Virus record (IMG/VR): IMGVR_UViG_3300046786_000304 | Coordinates: 160,001-224,000 of that record | Direction: 5' to 3' (one strand) | Length of the DNA stretch: 64,000 nt | Source: a virus | Taxonomy: Duplodnaviria > Caudoviricetes | Part shown: piece after piece, positions 57,803-64,000 of the stretch | How the letters are laid out: each line of letters opens with the position of its first letter | Numbering within the stretch: position 1 is the stretch's first letter | Position numbers and translations under genes: made by a program | Notes under the pieces: generated by a model | What the model saw: only the letters and a program-made list of their open reading frames with translations | What the model was told of the DNA's origin: nothing | Database searches by the model: none

Positions 57803-58192
57803 ATGAACGACAGCAACGATACTATTACTATTGATTTAAGTGGCGTTGAATCAACTGAGTTCGTATGGAACGAAAGTGACATGAGCACTGGTTTCATAGC
57901 ACAGGAAGTTGGTACAGCGTATACTACTATAGCGGCCGGCCATAATACAGTGACACTAGGTAGTGGAATATCTATTACAAGCACAGGTCTTGCAGCCAGC
58001 ACCGCAGGCAGTAGCTATACCATTTCATCACCCTATGATGATTTAGCAGATCGTTTGTCTAGATTGGAACAGTTAATAGCCGAAGAGGAAGAAGTTCGTA
58101 GAACTCATCCCGCAGTTAAAATGGCCTATGACGAATATCGTTTGTTGTATATTTTGGCAAAGAAAAATCCCGGCGATGACTTGACAGAGTGA
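57803..58192 (+). CDS. Hypothetical Ser/Thr-rich protein with C-terminal coiled coil
   Basis: Low-complexity N-terminus; LSRLEQLI...HPAVKMAYDEY. Confidence 0.65.
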   Translation: MNDSNDTITIDLSGVESTEFVWNESDMSTGFIAQEVGTAYTTIAAGHNTVTLGSGISITSTGLAASTAGSSYTISSPYDDLADRLSRLEQLIAEEEEVRRTHPAVKMAYDEYRLLYILAKKNPGDDLTE

Positions 58193-58286
58193 TGAAATCA
58201 GCGTATAAATATAAGTGTAAGACGCCATTAGGGTTTTACATTGGACACGTTGTCCTAAACGTTCTTGCTTATTAAAGGAGAAAATT

Positions 58287-58721
58287 ATGAACGCATTAAC
58301 ACGATTTGACACAACAGCTCTAAATCAATTGAACAGAGCACTTGTTGGTTTTGATAGAATGTTTGCTGAAAAGCTAGCACTCAACCAACCTTACCCTCCC
58401 TACAACATTATCAAAAAAGGTGAAAACGACTACGAGATTGAAATCGCAGTTGCTGGCTTTAACCTTGAAGAAATTGAAGTAGAAGTTACCCAAAATGTCT
58501 TGGTAATTAAGGGAGAACGCAAACGTGAAGAAGAGGCAGAAGTAGAATATATTCATCGCGGCCTTGCTTATCGCAATTTCGAAAAGAGCCTTACACTAGC
58601 AGAAAATATGGAAGTAGGCACTGCTACAATTAATGAAGGTATTTTGCGTATCGCAGTTACACGTATTGTACCAGAAGCACTGAAGCCACGCAAAGTGCAA
58701 GTTATTGGTTTAGACAAGTAA
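58287..58721 (+). CDS. Small heat shock protein (Hsp20/IbpA family)
   Basis: YPPYNI, IAVAGF, HRGLAYRNF, GIL. Confidence 0.92.
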   Translation: MNALTRFDTTALNQLNRALVGFDRMFAEKLALNQPYPPYNIIKKGENDYEIEIAVAGFNLEEIEVEVTQNVLVIKGERKREEEAEVEYIHRGLAYRNFEKSLTLAENMEVGTATINEGILRIAVTRIVPEALKPRKVQVIGLDK

Positions 58722-58777
58722 TGCGAAATATGGGGAGTATCCACTCCCCATTTGATAAATATTATTGAAGGAATAAA

Positions 58778-59086
58778 ATGAGCTTAATGGCAACAGAAAC
58801 AAGTCAATCTCAAAAACAAGACGTGGTAATTAAAAAACCTAATATGTATAAAGTTGTTTTTAATAACGACGACGCTACACCAATGAATTTTGTCATTGAA
58901 TTACTCAAAGCAGTATTCCATCACAACGACGATAGAGCCGCACAAACTACCATGGAAATTCACGAACATGGCAAAGGTGTTGCGGGTGTTTATACATTTG
59001 AAGTTGCAGAACAAAAGCACAACGAAGCAACATACATCGCCCGCAGTAATGGGCACCCTTTAAATATCAATTTAGAGTCAGAATAA
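58778..59086 (+). CDS. clpS: Clp protease adaptor ClpS
   Basis: YKVVFNNDDATPMNFV, IHEHGKGVAGVY. Confidence 0.9.
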   Translation: MSLMATETSQSQKQDVVIKKPNMYKVVFNNDDATPMNFVIELLKAVFHHNDDRAAQTTMEIHEHGKGVAGVYTFEVAEQKHNEATYIARSNGHPLNINLESE

Positions 59087-59368
59087 ATGAATAACAAAGA
59101 AAAAGAAATCCTGGACATTACCCAAGAGGAATGTGCAGAAGTAATTGTCGCGATCAGTAAAATTAGCAGGTTTGGCCTGGACAATATCAAGCCCGGAAAA
59201 CCTAAAACAAACAGAGAACACTTAGCCGAAGAATTAGGAGATTTACAAGCTATGATTGATTTATGTATTAAGTTTGGATTAGTGGGCAGTGAGCAAGTAA
59301 GCATTGCCGCTGATAATAAGATTGCTAAACTAAAAAACTGGAGTAATATCTTTAGTACTGACGCATAA
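59087..59368 (+). CDS. MazG-like nucleotide pyrophosphohydrolase
   Basis: QEECAEV...EELGDL. Confidence 0.75.
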   Translation: MNNKEKEILDITQEECAEVIVAISKISRFGLDNIKPGKPKTNREHLAEELGDLQAMIDLCIKFGLVGSEQVSIAADNKIAKLKNWSNIFSTDA

Positions 59369-59456
59369 TATCAGTGTTAATACTGAGTAAATGTTGCGTT
59401 GCCGCATAAATAGTATTAGTAGAAACACTGAGTTTCACATACTAAAGGAAAGCGCA

Positions 59457-59621
59457 ATGACAGCAACAATAGCAAAACTAGTTGAGCGTCTAGCAGAAAT
59501 GTTCCCAAAACAGAACTATCAAAGTAAATTAGACGCTTATCTTAAAAGTAAAAACATACAAGACATCGGTGAAGTAGAACATTGGATTAGAGAGTTCGAC
59601 CGTAAAGGGAGTTATCTATGA
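59457..59621 (+). CDS. Small protein, DUF3563-like
   Basis: LDAYL...DIGEVEHWIREFDR; AAGGA RBS before 59457. Confidence 0.65.
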   Translation: MTATIAKLVERLAEMFPKQNYQSKLDAYLKSKNIQDIGEVEHWIREFDRKGSYL

Positions 59622-59716
59622 AAAAAATCCTTAATGCTATCTACGAAGGCCTAATTGATTGGGCACAGATGATTCATGAATATCGTCAAAGTCAAGCCAA
59701 CAAGCATTACTATTGA
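59618..59716 (+). CDS. Small hypothetical protein, 32 aa
   Basis: GGGAG RBS, ATGA-coupled. Confidence 0.5.
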   Translation: MKKILNAIYEGLIDWAQMIHEYRQSQANKHYY

Positions 59717-59723
59717 GGTCTTC

Positions 59724-59798
59724 ATGGAATTACTATCAATACAAATAATAGCAGTTGGCTTGCTAATATTAAGCCATATGGCACAGGAGTTTCTATGA
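59724..59798 (+). CDS. Small hydrophobic peptide, 24 aa
   Basis: GAGG RBS; MELLSIQIIAVGLLILSHMAQEFL. Confidence 0.4.
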   Translation: MELLSIQIIAVGLLILSHMAQEFL

Positions 59799-59896
59799 AC
59801 TATCTGGATATTTTATGGACATTACTTCGTTGGAAAAATGACGGTTGGGAAGTTCATCCTATTAATTTGGATGATGAATTTCCTGGTTGGGTTTAA
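59795..59896 (+). CDS. Small Trp-rich peptide, 33 aa
   Basis: AGGAG RBS, ATGA-coupled. Confidence 0.45.
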   Translation: MNYLDILWTLLRWKNDGWEVHPINLDDEFPGWV

Positions 59897-59958
59897 TATA
59901 CTAAAGTTTAATTCTTAGGAGAATTAGATATATACATTATTCCACCCAAGGAGAATGT

Positions 59959-60387
59959 ATGCCTAAGAAAAAGGACATTACTAGAACCAAACTTTTTAAG
60001 ATGGTTCAAAAGTTCGATGAATTTGACTGTAAATTCAGACCCACAATTCATGATTGTAGGGAAGTCTTTACTAACATTAATCGCAATGTTTTTAATAACG
60101 AACTTAAAATGCCTAATTTTAGATTAGTGTATTCGGGTAAATTTTGGGGCGAGTGCCAAGGCAACATAGACGACAACGAACGATGTATCATTAGAATGAA
60201 CAAAAGTTTTTTAAGCAAAAGACTTTTTGTTTATACAATGGCACATGAAATGGTACACCAATGGGAATGGTTAGTACACGAGCACATGACTCATGGTCCT
60301 ACATTTTTTGTATGGCGAGATGAGTTGGCAAAATACGGTATAGTATTAAGTAGAAAATACCGTATTAAATATTATAAGCTAAATTAA
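59959..60387 (+). CDS. SprT-like zinc metalloprotease
   Basis: TMAHEMVHQW...HGPTF. Confidence 0.8.
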   Translation: MPKKKDITRTKLFKMVQKFDEFDCKFRPTIHDCREVFTNINRNVFNNELKMPNFRLVYSGKFWGECQGNIDDNERCIIRMNKSFLSKRLFVYTMAHEMVHQWEWLVHEHMTHGPTFFVWRDELAKYGIVLSRKYRIKYYKLN

Positions 60388-60749
60388 TGATTATTGGAAT
60401 AGGCACAGATATTATATATATTTCTAGATTTAGGGATATGGATAATATTAAATTGAATATGCTGGCAAATAAAATTTGTACAGATAATGAGTTAATCGAA
60501 TATCAAAATATATCAGATAAACCATTATATATTGCAAAAAAATGGGCTAGTAAAGAAGCAATATCAAAAGCATTGGGTACTGGAATAGGTAATGGTACTA
60601 AATGGAAAGATTTTGAAATAAGTCATAATATATTAGGTAAACCGATAATCATATTCATTAATGAATCATTTAATAATTATTATGGACATATTAGTATATC
60701 CGATGAACGGGATATTATAATAGTTTATACATTAATCGAAACAAAATAG
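60387..60749 (+). CDS. acpS: Holo-ACP synthase (4'-phosphopantetheinyl transferase)
   Basis: IIGIGTDII.ISRF, WASKEAISKALGTG, GKP, ISISDE; visibly very AT-rich; ends in TAG. Confidence 0.85.
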   Translation: MIIGIGTDIIYISRFRDMDNIKLNMLANKICTDNELIEYQNISDKPLYIAKKWASKEAISKALGTGIGNGTKWKDFEISHNILGKPIIIFINESFNNYYGHISISDERDIIIVYTLIETK

Positions 60750-60794
60750 TACCGATATCCTATAATACTTTAGTATTACTTTTAGCGCAGAAAT

Positions 60795-60826
60795 AAATTG
60801 GCACAAATTGGTCTTCATGCTATAAT
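60795..60826 (+). promoter_or_regulatory. Early promoter cassette, copy 5
   Basis: AATTGGCACAAATTGG, 17 bp, TATAAT 60821-60826. Confidence 0.85.
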
Positions 60827-60832
60827 ACATAC

Positions 60833-61147
60833 ATGATGAAACGCAAAACACGCACAGACCGCAATCACGCAATTTATGTTATCACTAATACAGTGACAGC
60901 AGAGCAGTACATTGGTGTTACAGTTTGTAGCGGTAACGTCAAAAAAGCACTTAAAGTTCGTATCCAAAAGCACGTTCGTCGTGCTTTAACTGAGAACAAA
61001 GATTGGGCATTGTGCCAAAGCATCCGTGAATTTGGCGTTAATGCTTTTACATATGGTTTAGTTGAAACACTTCGTGGCAAGGCTCCAGCCCACGCACGTG
61101 AACGTGAACTCACTAAAATCTACAACCCAGTATTGAACACACTTTAA
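60833..61147 (+). CDS. Stand-alone GIY-YIG domain protein
   Basis: AIYVITN...QYIGVT...RIQKH...RERE...LN. Confidence 0.75.
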   Translation: MMKRKTRTDRNHAIYVITNTVTAEQYIGVTVCSGNVKKALKVRIQKHVRRALTENKDWALCQSIREFGVNAFTYGLVETLRGKAPAHARERELTKIYNPVLNTL

Positions 61148-61176
61148 TTGACACAAGTTGATTAGAGTGTTACAAT
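61144..61176 (+). promoter_or_regulatory. Early promoter cassette, copy 6
   Basis: TTAATTGACACAAGTTG; TTGACA 61148-61153, 17 bp, TACAAT 61171-61176. Confidence 0.8.
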
Positions 61177-61201
61177 ATACTATCACAATAACAGGAAACC
61201 T

Positions 61202-61507
61202 ATGACTAAATCCTATACAGTTATAAGTCATGTAGACCATAAAGACCGACGACTGGTTAGTATGAAAATATATAATTTTTCTACTAAAGAAGCAGTAGAA
61301 AAATCTATACGTGGATATCATCGTTGTTTTGGTTGGACATTTGAAATTGTCGAGACTACTCCTGAGATCCAGGAACAGGTAAAACAATTTAAAATAAGTG
61401 AAGAAAAACGTTTTAAAGAAAATAGTAAAAATTCTAAACGTTTTGGTGTTCTTGCAAAACCAATTCCTTGGACATTGGCGGCGGCAAAACATTATATTAA
61501 ATCTTAA
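61202..61507 (+). CDS. Hypothetical early protein
   Basis: AGGA RBS behind promoter cassette. Confidence 0.65.
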   Translation: MTKSYTVISHVDHKDRRLVSMKIYNFSTKEAVEKSIRGYHRCFGWTFEIVETTPEIQEQVKQFKISEEKRFKENSKNSKRFGVLAKPIPWTLAAAKHYIKS

Positions 61508-61516
61508 GGAGATAAC

Positions 61517-61753
61517 ATGTCAAAATTAAAAGACCTAATTGAGTTTTGTAATGGTGGTTACACTATGGAATCTAGCATAGATGGCAGACGCCATTATGAG
61601 GCTGTCCATACTGCTACAGGTAAACGCACAGGTGGCAAAACACGAGAAGCCGCAGAACGGGCACTAGTTAAATTAAATGACAATGAGCTTAAGGTACAAG
61701 GTGCTATCATCTTTTTAAAAGAACAAGGCTACATTGTTTCTAAACCAATGTAA
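61517..61753 (+). CDS. Hypothetical early protein
   Basis: AAGGAG RBS. Confidence 0.7.
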   Translation: MSKLKDLIEFCNGGYTMESSIDGRRHYEAVHTATGKRTGGKTREAAERALVKLNDNELKVQGAIIFLKEQGYIVSKPM

Positions 61754-61765
61754 TAAGGACACAAA

Positions 61766-62143
61766 ATGGAAACCACAATCATTCTCAACACAGACGGCCG
61801 AGGTCTTTGGAGTCGACAATCCAAGCCTGTAACAGTTACTGGAATCGATTGTATTATTACAAAAATGGAAGACGAGGATCGTTTGTTTGGTGAACTAATG
61901 GTTCGTTTTGACACAGCGTCGTGGGACACAGACAAAGATGGTTTGATTTACACAGATGACCAATTTTTAAAAGAATTACACACTTTTCTAAAATCACTGG
62001 GCTTCTCGAATGAAGCATCCAATGATGTTAGTTATAGCGAACAAGGTATGCAGGGCGACAATTATGTTAGCCTGGACGTAGGTATGGAATTCTGCGAAGA
62101 ATGGATTAATGAATTCCCTGACACTGAAATTTTTGAATATTAA
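61766..62143 (+). CDS. Acidic hypothetical early protein
   Basis: AAGGA RBS; YSEQGMQGDNYVSLDV. Confidence 0.7.
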   Translation: METTIILNTDGRGLWSRQSKPVTVTGIDCIITKMEDEDRLFGELMVRFDTASWDTDKDGLIYTDDQFLKELHTFLKSLGFSNEASNDVSYSEQGMQGDNYVSLDVGMEFCEEWINEFPDTEIFEY

Positions 62144-63492
62144 GCACCGATATCGGGACAATGTCTGGCTAGTATATCTTGTATTTCTGGCAGGACTTGT
62201 CTCCAATTAGTGCCTCTGATTTTATCTAGTTTGTCCATGACAATGACAAACTCTCGGTATTTCCATTCTTTATCTTCGTCTATATATTTTTCTAAGAATT
62301 TAATAATCGCTTTATACCAAGTAGTTCTTTTTTCACTGTGGTGCATTAAACTTTGATAGTGATTAATAATTTCTTCTTTGGCTGATTTTGGCAAAGATCT
62401 AAGATCCAACCAATTTGGTCCTTCTAAAAATCTAAACTCTACAGGAATATTTAATTCCTCAGCCACTGCTGATAATCTCTCTATAGCATATATTGATCCA
62501 ATACCGATACAGCAGGACAAGTAATGAATATCCATGCCGTTATCTTTTAGAGTTTTTATATTGTCAATGATTGTATTGTACTTGCCCGGGAAACGAATTA
62601 GTTCATATCGTTCTTCGATATCATCAACACTAACACAAAAATTGATTTTCTTAAAATGTTTAAATTTTTCGATAATTTTATTGTTGATAACAGTTAAGTT
62701 GGTATCATAACGTAATATAATATTTTTTGCAAAGTCATTCTCTATAAGTTTATCTAATATTTTTGTCATGGCGGGTGCTACTAATGGCTCGCCACCCGAG
62801 AAATAAATGTGTCTTAAATCCGGTGCTATTTTGTCAAATCGTTCCCACCAAATTTCGCTGTCCCACCATTTAGAATAGTCTAAGATTTCTCTGCCTTTGC
62901 TGTCCGTAGTTAGTCTATATTCCTTGTCGCCCCATACTGTACCAGGCGGCATTACTTGAACATTGCCCCAAAGTTTGTTCCAATCTTCATACCAAAGACT
63001 ACTGTACTCCGGGCTACACATAATACATTTTTGATTGCACAAATTACTCAATCGTAAACCTAGATTTACAACCTTTGCTGTGGATGTACCATCGGGTAGT
63101 GTATATTGATCAGCCTGATCCCATCTAACATATTCTGGAATTTCTGCTGTTGTTAAACGATTAACACGTTGCCTCTTACTCTTACCCCATTGTTTAATTC
63201 CATCACTGCCCCACTCGCTTAAATTTTTTGTACTGTGTTCAGCGACATAACAATTACGGCATCTTTTTACTTGGATATTTTCTTTGAGTTGTAGTCGATG
63301 ATCCTTGTGAGTTTCGCTATTAATTGCTTCTTCAATGGTATGCGTCATTACGTTCATGACATTGCCATTTTTATCACGTGCCATTCCATAGTCTTTGCCA
63401 TAGTTTGCTAGGCAACAAATTTTATAGTCACCGAGTGTATTGATTTCTAATTGGCTCCATAGCTCGCCACAAAAGCTTTCTAAATTAAACAT
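62140..63492 (-). CDS. Radical SAM enzyme with N-terminal SPASM/Twitch-like Cys cluster
   Basis: ICC...CRNCY; CNQKCIMC; FSGGEP; YDTN. Confidence 0.87.
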   Translation of the reverse strand: MFNLESFCGELWSQLEINTLGDYKICCLANYGKDYGMARDKNGNVMNVMTHTIEEAINSETHKDHRLQLKENIQVKRCRNCYVAEHSTKNLSEWGSDGIKQWGKSKRQRVNRLTTAEIPEYVRWDQADQYTLPDGTSTAKVVNLGLRLSNLCNQKCIMCSPEYSSLWYEDWNKLWGNVQVMPPGTVWGDKEYRLTTDSKGREILDYSKWWDSEIWWERFDKIAPDLRHIYFSGGEPLVAPAMTKILDKLIENDFAKNIILRYDTNLTVINNKIIEKFKHFKKINFCVSVDDIEERYELIRFPGKYNTIIDNIKTLKDNGMDIHYLSCCIGIGSIYAIERLSAVAEELNIPVEFRFLEGPNWLDLRSLPKSAKEEIINHYQSLMHHSEKRTTWYKAIIKFLEKYIDEDKEWKYREFVIVMDKLDKIRGTNWRQVLPEIQDILARHCPDIGA

Positions 63493-63497
63493 ATCAT

Positions 63498-63505
63498 TAT
63501 TTATA
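63498..63505 (-). promoter_or_regulatory. T4-type late promoter consensus TATAAATA
   Basis: Exact TATAAATA on the minus strand 5 nt before the radical SAM ATG. Confidence 0.7.
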
Positions 63506-63519
63506 TACCCGTATTAAAT

Positions 63520-63578
63520 TTAATTGACACAAATTAGATTTGACGTTATAATACATACATAGCTTAACAAAACAGGAG
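63520..63578 (+). promoter_or_regulatory. Early promoter cassette, copy 7
   Basis: TTGACA 63524-63529, TATAAT 63547-63552; downstream 32 nt differ from copy 1 at two positions. Confidence 0.9.
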
Positions 63579-63584
63579 TTTGAA

Positions 63585-64000
63585 ATGGGTACACGTAGTC
63601 GAATTGGCGTTATGCACGGTGAGAATTGTAAGTCAGTTTATTGCCATTGGGATGGCTATTTGGAATACAATGGTATGATGCTAGAAAAGCATTATGACAG
63701 TGCTAAAGCTAACAACCTAGTAGCATTAGGTGATTTGTCTAGCCTGCAACCTGAGATTGGTGAAGCCCACCCATTTGGTTATCACGGCACTGACATGACT
63801 AGTGCCGAATATGAAGCCAAGTTTGGTAATATGTGTACTTTTTATGGTCGTGACCGCGGCGAGAATGGTGTAGGCTTTAAAACAGATGCTACCTTTGAAT
63901 CGTTCTTTGAACGTGCTGAAGGTTGCGGAGCAGAATGGTATTACATTATGCGTGATGGTGTTTGGTATGTAGGTAATACATACGAACGTGATACAAAGTT
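63585..64000 (+). CDS. Conserved phage early protein (partial; runs off the window end)
   Basis: MGTRSRIG...SVYCHWDGY; AGGAG RBS; no stop before 64000. Confidence 0.75.
   Translation, partial: MGTRSRIGVMHGENCKSVYCHWDGYLEYNGMMLEKHYDSAKANNLVALGDLSSLQPEIGEAHPFGYHGTDMTSAEYEAKFGNMCTFYGRDRGENGVGFKTDATFESFFERAEGCGAEWYYIMRDGVWYVGNTYERDTK

Noticed and set aside
57803-58192. S74 intramolecular chaperone (GFIAQEV motif)
   Set aside because: The motif is isolated in a low-complexity N-terminus with no preceding tailspike or other S74 features
60833-61147. Mobile homing endonuclease element
   Set aside because: Only the GIY-YIG catalytic domain, no DNA-binding repeats and no interrupted host gene
226-62206. 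Numerous antisense or nested ORFs in the track (e.g. 1306-1842, 20050-20544, 51840-52403, 61058-61492)
   Set aside because: They are shadows of well-supported genes on the other strand or frame, with no RBS or recognisable motifs
133-63578. Terminal repeat or circular overlap at the window ends
   Set aside because: Similarity is limited to the ~55 bp promoter/RBS cassette; flanking genes differ
1-64000. Genome-wide TAG reassignment (code 15)
   Set aside because: Long conserved genes are intact under code 11, no gene pair is split by an in-frame TAG, and acpS ends at its natural C-terminus with TAG
1-64000. CRISPR array
   Set aside because: No regularly spaced 25-45 bp repeats with unique spacers; the repeated units are promoters and terminators separated by whole genes
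1-64000. Prophage or integrative element in a bacterial chromosome
   Set aside because: Host-like genes are interspersed with phage genes and phage-type promoters throughout; no integrase, att site or bacterial synteny is seen

Overview
A 64 kb segment of a large, AT-rich tailed dsDNA phage with T4-like expression logic. Strong sigma70-type early promoters are reiterated as cassettes, and T4-late-like (T/G/C)TAAATA motifs sit just upstream of structural and modification genes. No capsid, terminase, integrase or CRISPR array is in the window, so the genome is larger. The window holds early accessory cassettes at both ends and a replication block (UvsW-like helicase, clamp-loader-like subunit, a very compact DnaE-like ORF, primase, gp41/DnaB helicase, exonuclease, nrdAB, glutaredoxin). 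It also holds many small putative virion proteins, a PAAR protein, a GH19 lysin, two DNA methyltransferases, four radical SAM enzymes, tandem APRTs, and host-like translation, proteostasis and redox genes (clpX, infC, rpsU, hsp20, clpS, ahpC/ahpD, acpS). The tmRNA tag (ANDSQFALAA) and a Bug/TctC domain suggest a betaproteobacterial host (inference). The best candidate for an undescribed system is at 38.4-39.8 kb: a circularly permuted two-piece tmRNA, then an amber-suppressor tRNA (anticodon CUA) with its own promoter, then a gene whose RBS-supported ATG is followed by an in-frame TAG at codon 3. TAG is otherwise almost unused as a stop in the window, so this looks like an amber-gated expression switch. 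A second candidate is at 42.1-48.3 kb: a Bug/TctC-LuxR fusion and a LuxR regulator precede a cassette encoding a Gly-rich coiled-coil protein, four paralogous fibre-like beta-sandwich proteins, a helical protein and a papain-like protease. All calls were made by eye from motifs; no database search was run.
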